Shown here piece by piece: positions 58,119-64,000 of a stretch of 64,000 nucleotides of DNA (positions are counted from its first letter, which is position 1; each line of letters opens with the position of its first letter). Where the stretch lies: positions 4,759 through 68,758 of the forward strand of contig JAFZZY010000065.1 of NCBI GenBank assembly GCA_017615545.1, read 5' to 3'. The stretch comes from Lachnospiraceae bacterium. Lineage in GTDB: Bacteria > Bacillota > Clostridia > Lachnospirales > Lachnospiraceae. Position numbers and translations under genes: made by a program. The notes below the pieces were generated by a model. The model had not been told where the DNA came from, searched no databases, and saw nothing but the letters and a program-made list of their open reading frames with translations.

Positions 58119-58251
58119 CGGCTAGCGAACTGTGACGTTTATAGGAGGAACGCCTGGGGCGCCTCGCTTGCGAAAAACCGCGGTTTATGGTACAATATGC
58201 GGAGCAAACGGGGCGCATTTCCCCCGAATTCAAGAAAGGGATCCACGTACG

Positions 58252-60060
58252 ATGAGTGAGGCTGCAGAGCGACTGAAACAGTTACGCGAATTAATGAAAC
58301 GTGAGAAGACGGATGTGTTTTTCATTCCTTCGTCGGATGATCACAACTCCGAATATGTGGCGCCGCACGATCAGGTGCGTCGTTATTTCAGCGGGTTCAC
58401 GGGTTCGGCCGGAACGCTGATCGTGACACTGGACGACGCCGGGCTGTGGACCGACGGACGGTACCACGTGCAGGCGGAGAAGGAGCTCGCGGGCAGCGGG
58501 ATCCGACTGTATAAGGTCGGCCTGAAGGATGTGATCTCGACCTTGGATTATTTGAAGAAGAATCTGCGTGCGGGCAGTGTCCTCGCGGCCAATGGCTATG
58601 TGATCCCGAAGACGGAGCAGCGGAAGCTCGCCGAGATCTGTGAGGACTGCGGAGCGAGCCTGCGCCTGGATATCGATCCTGCGGAGACGATCTGGAAGGA
58701 TCGTCCGAAGCGCCCGGCGAACCCTGCCTGGCGTCTGGAGGACTGCTATGCGGGCGAGAGTGCGAAGGCGAAACTGCAGCGTTTGCGCGAGCGCATGAAG
58801 GAAGAGGAAGTGACTGCGGTGGCGGTCGGCGAGCTCGAGAGCGCGGCCTGGCTGTTGAATCTGCGCGGCAGTGATATTACGCATGTTCCGGTCGCGATGT
58901 GCTTCGTGCTTGTGACGAACGACGACGCGACGCTGTACATTGCCCGCGAGGCAGTGAACAGTAAGCTGGAGAACGAACTTCGGGAAGACGGAGTGAAGAT
59001 CGCGCCGTACGAGGATATCTACAAGAGCTTCGCCCGTTTTAAGATCGAAGACATCGTTTGGATGGACTCGGCCCGGGTCAATGCGAGACTGTACGAGAGT
59101 GCACTGCAACATGCACACGTATATGACGATACGCTGCCGATCTCCTTATGGAAGGCGATCAAAAACGATACCGAAGTTGCTAATATAAAGAAAGCCCACG
59201 TGGAAGACGCGGTCGCGATGATCACGTTTTTGCGTGAGATCAAAGAAGAATTTACCGATGGTTCGATGACCGAGAGGGACGTGGAGGACCGCCTGCTTAA
59301 GTTGCGGAGCGAGCGTCCGGATTATATCGACTTGAGTTTCGAGACGATCTCGGCTTACGGAGCGAACGCCGCGATGATGCATTACAGCACATCGGAGACG
59401 TCGAACGCGATCCTACATGCGAGAGGTTTTCTGCTGGTCGATTCGGGCGGGCATTATAAGACGGGTACGACGGATATCACTCGTACGATCGTTCTGGGAC
59501 CGCTGACCGAAGAGGAAAAACGCATGTACACCCTTACGCTGAAGGGACATTTTCAGTTGTCGTCGGCGGTATTCCGCGAGGGTATGACGGGCTACGGCCT
59601 GGACATCCTGGCGCGCGGACCGCTGTGGGAGCAGGGCGTGGACTATCTGTGCGGCACGGGCCACGGCGTCGGCTATGCACTCAGTGTGCATGAGGGGCCG
59701 AATGCCTTCCGCTGGATCCTGCGTGAGGACGCGAAGGATATCGTGGCGCTCAGGCCGGGCATGATCACGACGGACGAACCCGGCGTTTATGTAGAAGGAA
59801 AATACGGCATCCGTCTGGAAAATGAGCTCCTCTGCCTGCCGGCGATGGACACCGTTTACGGACGCATGCTGAAGTTCGAACCGGTCACCTACGTGCCGTT
59901 CGACCGCGACGCGATCGACGTGTCGCTGCTCGAGCCGGCCGACATTCGCCGGATCGACGAATACCATGAATTTGTTTATAATACGATGGCGCCGCATCTC
60001 GAGGAGAGAGAGCGGATCTGGCTGTTTAAGGTAACACGGCCTTTGGGTCTCGGGGAGTAA
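58252..60060 (+). CDS. pepP: Xaa-Pro aminopeptidase (M24B, aminopeptidase P family)
   Basis: Creatinase-like N-domains (FIPSSDDHNSEYV, FSGFTGSAG). The M24 metal-ligand blocks are LVDSGGHY, DITRT, GHGVG and TTDEPG. ATG at 58252. Confidence 0.88.
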   Translation: MSEAAERLKQLRELMKREKTDVFFIPSSDDHNSEYVAPHDQVRRYFSGFTGSAGTLIVTLDDAGLWTDGRYHVQAEKELAGSGIRLYKVGLKDVISTLDYLKKNLRAGSVLAANGYVIPKTEQRKLAEICEDCGASLRLDIDPAETIWKDRPKRPANPAWRLEDCYAGESAKAKLQRLRERMKEEEVTAVAVGELESAAWLLNLRGSDITHVPVAMCFVLVTNDDATLYIAREAVNSKLENELREDGVKIAPYEDIYKSFARFKIEDIVWMDSARVNARLYESALQHAHVYDDTLPISLWKAIKNDTEVANIKKAHVEDAVAMITFLREIKEEFTDGSMTERDVEDRLLKLRSERPDYIDLSFETISAYGANAAMMHYSTSETSNAILHARGFLLVDSGGHYKTGTTDITRTIVLGPLTEEEKRMYTLTLKGHFQLSSAVFREGMTGYGLDILARGPLWEQGVDYLCGTGHGVGYALSVHEGPNAFRWILREDAKDIVALRPGMITTDEPGVYVEGKYGIRLENELLCLPAMDTVYGRMLKFEPVTYVPFDRDAIDVSLLEPADIRRIDEYHEFVYNTMAPHLEERERIWLFKVTRPLGLGE

Positions 60061-60061
60061 G

Positions 60062-61237
60062 ATGAAAGCAGTGACGGACATGGATCCGCAGGGATTGCGG
60101 GAGCATAAAGAAGATTTTCTCCGCGTGCTGACTGCCTGGTTCATGGCGGAGCACAGGGACCTGCCCTGGCGGAACCTGGCCGCGCCGAACCCTTACCATG
60201 TCTGGATCAGCGAGATCATGCTGCAGCAGACGCGCGTGACCGCAGTCATCGACTATTTCCTCAGGTTCACCGCCGAGATCCCGGATATCGCCGCCCTGGC
60301 GAGCGTGCCGGACGACCGCCTGATGAAACTCTGGGAAGGCCTGGGATACTATTCCCGCGTGCGCAACATGAAACGTTGCGCGCAGGTGCTCATGAGTGAG
60401 TACGGTGGGGCAATGCCTCACGATCCCGCAACGTTGGCGAAACTTCCGGGCATCGGCCCGTACACGGCGGGAGCCATCGCATCGATCGCGTTCGGCGTGC
60501 CGAAGGCGGCGGTCGACGGAAACGTTCTGCGCGTGTTCTCGCGGCTTTTAGCCGACCGGTCGGATATTTCCAAAGAGAGCACGAAAAAGGCTTATACAGA
60601 GCTTTTGGACGAACTGCTGCCACACGCGCAGAACGCGGGGCACATCAACCAGGCCATCATGGACCTGGGCGCCACGATCTGCATTCCGGGCGGCGAGGCG
60701 CGTTGCAGTCTGTGCCCTGTGGAGGGCTTTTGCAAGGCCCGGAAAGAGGGTACTACGGGAGAGCTTCCCGTGAAGCAACGGGCGCAGGCACGCAGACAGG
60801 AACACCGCGTGATCCTGATCCTGGAGAAGGACGGCAAGGTCCTGGTCGATAAACGGCCGGAGCGAGGCTTGCTGGCGGGGCTGTACGAATATCCCGGGGC
60901 CATGATCACACCGAAGCAGATGGAAGATTTCGAACAGGGGATCTCCGGAAAACGTGCACTTAAAGTGTACGAGAGTCTGTTTGGAGAACTCGGATTGACC
61001 GCGAAAAAAGCGCGGTTTGCCCTGCGGAGCAAACACATCTTTTCCCATATCGAGTGGGAGATGATCGGTCTGTATGTCGAGACGACAGATACCTATGACG
61101 TCGAAGCATTGGCCGAAAAAAACATATACTTTGCGGATGCCGCCGAGTTAAAGGAGCGCTACGCGCTGCCGGGCGCATTTTCCGCATATACGAATGAATT
61201 TTTGAACCGAAGAGGAGACATCGATGGTAGTCACTAA
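60062..61237 (+). CDS. mutY: A/G-specific adenine DNA glycosylase
   Basis: PWRN...PYHVWISEIMLQQTRV, the HhH-GPD LPGIGPYTAGAI, a 4Fe-4S cluster C-x6-C-x2-C-x5-C (CIPGGEARCSLCPVEGFC) and a NUDIX-like C-terminus. Confidence 0.92.
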   Translation: MKAVTDMDPQGLREHKEDFLRVLTAWFMAEHRDLPWRNLAAPNPYHVWISEIMLQQTRVTAVIDYFLRFTAEIPDIAALASVPDDRLMKLWEGLGYYSRVRNMKRCAQVLMSEYGGAMPHDPATLAKLPGIGPYTAGAIASIAFGVPKAAVDGNVLRVFSRLLADRSDISKESTKKAYTELLDELLPHAQNAGHINQAIMDLGATICIPGGEARCSLCPVEGFCKARKEGTTGELPVKQRAQARRQEHRVILILEKDGKVLVDKRPERGLLAGLYEYPGAMITPKQMEDFEQGISGKRALKVYESLFGELGLTAKKARFALRSKHIFSHIEWEMIGLYVETTDTYDVEALAEKNIYFADAAELKERYALPGAFSAYTNEFLNRRGDIDGSH

Positions 61238-61925
61238 ACGTAAAAAGATAACACCCTCCCAGATCATTATATTGCTGGTCGTTCTCGTGATCTATGTCGG
61301 CGGCCTGTGGTATGTGATCAAGATGCTGCACCCGTCGGCCGCGATGGAAGAAAACGATAAGCAGCTGGGGTTCTGCTACGACATGTTTAAAGAGATCAAG
61401 AATAAGCACACCGAGCTGGGACCGTTCAACGGTTTTACGATGGATGAGTCGACGAAGACCATCCGCACCCAGGTCACTTTTATCTCTTTGTATGTCAATG
61501 AGAATACGAACTGGCTTGAGATGTCCCGCCGTGCCTGCGGTTACTTCACGGAGTATTTGACCGCGCATCCGGAGCACCGCCTCATCACCGAAGGCTGGAC
61601 CATCGAACTGGACCTGCCGTCGGTCATTTACCGAAACGTCGAGAACGGAGAGGTCACGGGCGCAAACTTCTACGATGTGACCTATGTCGCCGATCCTTAC
61701 TATTTTTCGATCCCCGAGTTCCTCGAGATCTCATACCTTTTGGGCAATGTTCATGTCGTCCATATCGAGTCTTCCGTGACCGGACTGATCTCGAACCCTG
61801 AGAAGACACTCACGGACATCAAGCAGTTGAAGTCGCTGAAAAAGCTTGAACTCAAACTGCCTGACGTTCCTGCGTCACTGATCGAGGGGGCGGCCGAAGC
61901 CGGCATCGAGATCGTGACAAAATAA
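61224..61925 (+). CDS. Hypothetical membrane-anchored protein
   Basis: 233 aa with an N-terminal TM helix (IIILLVVLVIYVGGLWYVI). It overlaps the mutY end by 14 nt. I recognise no family. Confidence 0.55.
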   Translation: MVVTKRKKITPSQIIILLVVLVIYVGGLWYVIKMLHPSAAMEENDKQLGFCYDMFKEIKNKHTELGPFNGFTMDESTKTIRTQVTFISLYVNENTNWLEMSRRACGYFTEYLTAHPEHRLITEGWTIELDLPSVIYRNVENGEVTGANFYDVTYVADPYYFSIPEFLEISYLLGNVHVVHIESSVTGLISNPEKTLTDIKQLKSLKKLELKLPDVPASLIEGAAEAGIEIVTK

Positions 61926-61929
61926 GGAA

Positions 61930-61966
61930 AAAGCCCCGAAGCGATCCAAGATCGCAACGGGGCTTT
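61930..61966. terminator. Bidirectional terminator between convergent genes
   Basis: aaagccccg...cggggcttt outer stem with an inner gcgatc/gatcgc stem. The T-run is strongest for the minus-strand gene. Confidence 0.75.
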
Positions 61967-61979
61967 AGTATGTTCAGTT

Positions 61980-62798
61980 TCAGATCGATACAAAGATCGG
62001 TTTGTGGTTCTCAAAACGAACGTAGTGAGAGAAACCGTTTTCCTTCAGGTAGTCGGGCACTTTGATGAAATCCCACGCCAGATGCTCGGGCTTATGCGCG
62101 TCCGAACCGATGGTGATCATCTCCCCGCCGAGCTGCTTATACAGTTTGAGCAGGTGCGGCGCCGGGTGCGGGTATTTCAGCCCGTATTTCCAGCCCGCGG
62201 TGTTCAGTTCGAGAGCCTTCCCATCGAAGACCAGCAGTTCCAGGATGGAGGCGGTCAGTTCTTCCAGCTTCTTACTGAGTTTTGGCGACTTCTCCAGAAT
62301 TTCACCTTTCGAAGGGCAGTAACGTATGATATAATCAATATGTCCGAGGGAGTCAAAGTCCGGGAAGAGTTTCATGCTGTCGTACATGCTCTCGTAATAA
62401 CGATAGATGCCTTTTTCCTCGCCGTAACTCTCCCAGTATTCGGGGTAGTACGGATCGTAGCCGTCGACAACGTGGACGGAACCGACGATGAACTCGAAGG
62501 GGTAGCAGCGGGCGATATTGATGTTCTTCTGAACGATCTCTTCTTCGGGACGCATACCCAGCTCAACGCCGATGTGGATGCCGATCTTTCCGGAAAATGC
62601 ACGCTGCAGGGGCAGCAGTTTTTCGAAGTACGGCTCGATGTCAAATACAAAACCACCGCCGGGATAGTCCACATCCATGTGATCGGTGAAGTACATTTGC
62701 TTGAGACCGAGCTCGATCGCACGCATCATCTGGGCTTCAACCGGGGTTTCACTATCCGTGGAAAAATCGGTGTGAAGGTGGCTGTCACAAAAGATCAT
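61980..62798 (-). CDS. hisK: Histidinol-phosphatase, PHP family
   Basis: MIFCDSHLHTDFSTDS start, TDHMD, GSVH, LGHIDY and GSDAH metal-ligand motifs. Confidence 0.88.
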   Translation of the reverse strand: MIFCDSHLHTDFSTDSETPVEAQMMRAIELGLKQMYFTDHMDVDYPGGGFVFDIEPYFEKLLPLQRAFSGKIGIHIGVELGMRPEEEIVQKNINIARCYPFEFIVGSVHVVDGYDPYYPEYWESYGEEKGIYRYYESMYDSMKLFPDFDSLGHIDYIIRYCPSKGEILEKSPKLSKKLEELTASILELLVFDGKALELNTAGWKYGLKYPHPAPHLLKLYKQLGGEMITIGSDAHKPEHLAWDFIKVPDYLKENGFSHYVRFENHKPIFVSI

Positions 62799-62853
62799 AA
62801 AAACTCCTTATCTAGTTCCGAAAGGAACAAACAAACGGGCATGATTGCCCGCA

Positions 62854-63342
62854 TTACGATACAGTCGCGGCGATCTGCAAACGGCTGAGCAGGTCCCGTA
62901 CAGCGCGGTCCCAGGCCTCTTCGGCGCTTTTATCTATGGTAAATTCCGCATAGGAAACACCGGTCGTGCAGGTCAAAAGACGGTTTTTATAGGAAAGGTT
63001 CAGGTAGTAGCGTGTTACTTTCAGACGGTCGCCGAACTCCGCTGCCTCCGGGCCGATCAGTTCCGAAACGCTTTTTTCATCCGGATAGAGGATGATCTGA
63101 AAGCTTACGGGCAGGCGGTTGCCTTTGATGACCTGAAATGAAAGCGGACGAACGCTGCCCCAGGTCACATGCTCGGGGATGGCTTCGTCTGTATCGAAAT
63201 AGTCTGCATTGGCCGCGCCATCGATCGAAAACGTAGCCGACGTTTTGAATACCGCCTCCCGAAGGAAAAAAGCATCAAAGGTCGGTTGCAGGAAGAGATG
63301 CGTGGTAAATGCTTTGGTATCTTCTAAAAGAAACTGCTTCAT
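62854..63342 (-). CDS. Hypothetical cytoplasmic protein (conserved clostridial type; family name uncertain)
   Basis: 162 aa from ATG 63342 (MKQFLLEDTKAFTTHLFLQPTFD...) with an RBS GAAAGGA. I can support no motif-level assignment. Confidence 0.5.
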   Translation of the reverse strand: MKQFLLEDTKAFTTHLFLQPTFDAFFLREAVFKTSATFSIDGAANADYFDTDEAIPEHVTWGSVRPLSFQVIKGNRLPVSFQIILYPDEKSVSELIGPEAAEFGDRLKVTRYYLNLSYKNRLLTCTTGVSYAEFTIDKSAEEAWDRAVRDLLSRLQIAATVS

Positions 63343-63436
63343 CTGGAGTCCTTTCTCTGCATGGCCCGAAAAAACGAGCCTGTTACGATTATAATGCATT
63401 TTCCGAAAAAAAGAAACAATAATTTCGGAAATCCTC

Positions 63437-63465
63437 TTGATAGCAATGGTATTTGATGCTATGAT
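63437..63465 (+). promoter_or_regulatory. Sigma-A promoter for degV
   Basis: TTGATA (63437-63442), 17 nt, TGcTATGAT (63457-63465). Confidence 0.6.
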
Positions 63466-63486
63466 ATGTAGTATTGAATACTACAT
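63466..63486. promoter_or_regulatory. Perfect 21-bp palindrome ATGTAGTATTgAATACTACAT abutting the -10 box
   Basis: 10-bp arms with no mismatch and a 1-nt centre, starting immediately after the -10 hexamer. Confidence 0.5.
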
Positions 63487-63526
63487 GCGTGCGGCGCTTC
63501 CAAGAGCCGCCGGGGAGGAGCATTTT

Positions 63527-64000
63527 ATGACATATAAGATCGTCTGTGACAGCGGCTGTGATTTCAACGAGGAGGACCGGCAGGATCCCGTGTTTATCCG
63601 CGTGCCTCTGACCCTGAGAGTCGGAGAGGAAGAGATCATCGATGATGACTCGTTTGACCAGCCTTCGTTCCTGGAGAAGGTGGATGCGTGCGAGGAGTGC
63701 CCGCATTCGGCCTGCCCTTCAGAGGGGGCTTTCCTGGATGCCTACATTCAGGCGGGTGATGTCGACGTGATCTTCGTGGTCGCATTGACCAAAAAACTCA
63801 GCGGTTCGTACAACGCGGCACATGTTGCAAAGGAAATCTACACGGAAGAAGGACATGGCAAGGCGAAGATCGTCGTGATCGATTCGCGTTCCGCAGCGGT
63901 CGGTGAAACCGTGATCGCGCTGAAACTGCGCGAGCTGATGAATTCAGGCATGCCGCTGCGCGAAGTCGTACACACGACCGCAGAGTTCGTGCGTGAGATG
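63527..64000 (+). CDS. DegV-family fatty-acid-binding protein, 3' end cut by window edge
   Basis: ATG at 63527 follows GGGGAGGAG. MTYKIVCDSGCDF start, SACPSEGAFLDAY and KLSGSYNAA blocks typical of DegV/FakB. The frame is open to the window end, so it is absent from the ORF track. Confidence 0.8.
   Translation, partial: MTYKIVCDSGCDFNEEDRQDPVFIRVPLTLRVGEEEIIDDDSFDQPSFLEKVDACEECPHSACPSEGAFLDAYIQAGDVDVIFVVALTKKLSGSYNAAHVAKEIYTEEGHGKAKIVVIDSRSAAVGETVIALKLRELMNSGMPLREVVHTTAEFVREM

Noticed and set aside
58132-58251. 40-codon N-terminal extension of pepP in the ORF track. Similar extensions occur for ligA (43902), ackA (49817), asnA (to 12806), coaX (to 13685) and acpP (25803).
   Set aside because: The internal ATGs are preceded by good RBSs and give canonical N-termini. 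The extensions overlap upstream genes or terminators.

Overview
The window reads as a densely packed, almost entirely plus-strand chromosomal segment from a Clostridia-type Firmicute. Supporting signs are sigma-A promoters with extended -10 boxes, GGAGG ribosome-binding sites, a T-box leader and a FabK-type FASII cluster. All calls come from reading the sequence and ORF translations; no HMM, BLAST or folding was run, and family names are from memory of motifs.

Most content is housekeeping:
- Carbohydrate, tRNA charging and cofactors: glgB (5' partial), a T-box-controlled tyrS, asnA, coaX, birA.
- Branched-chain amino acids: ilvN-ilvC-(unknown membrane protein)-leuC-leuD.
- Fatty-acid synthesis: acpP-fabK-fabD-fabG-fabF-fabZ-accD/A fusion-fabH plus a MarR-type regulator.
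- One tRNA-Arg(CCG).
- A MoxR/DUF58/transglutaminase operon.
- queA, a pseudouridine synthase, ligA, metA, a lipid kinase, rpoD, queH, ackA.
- A GGDEF cyclase, an FTCD-like cyclodeaminase, pdp.
- A second rpoD-like sigma factor, an uncharacterised ABC-class ATPase, pepP, mutY, hisK and degV (3' partial).

I found no rRNA, CRISPR array, transposase, integrase or recognisable prophage.

The best candidate for an undescribed system is the tightly coupled block at 19.9-25.7 kb. It holds birA, a fusion of an MTA/SAH-nucleosidase-like domain to a spore-photoproduct-lyase-like radical SAM domain, a TPR + nucleotidyltransferase-like (DUF4037) + DUF4125 protein, and a 2H phosphoesterase.

Other non-genic structure worth a second look:
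- four tandem ~73-bp hairpin units (4830-5100);
- a ~390-bp imperfect palindrome (8829-9216);
- a repeat- and hairpin-rich spacer inside the MoxR operon (39050-39399);
- a self-contained promoter-RBS-20-codon sORF-terminator unit (55989-56222);
- several promoter-proximal perfect palindromes.
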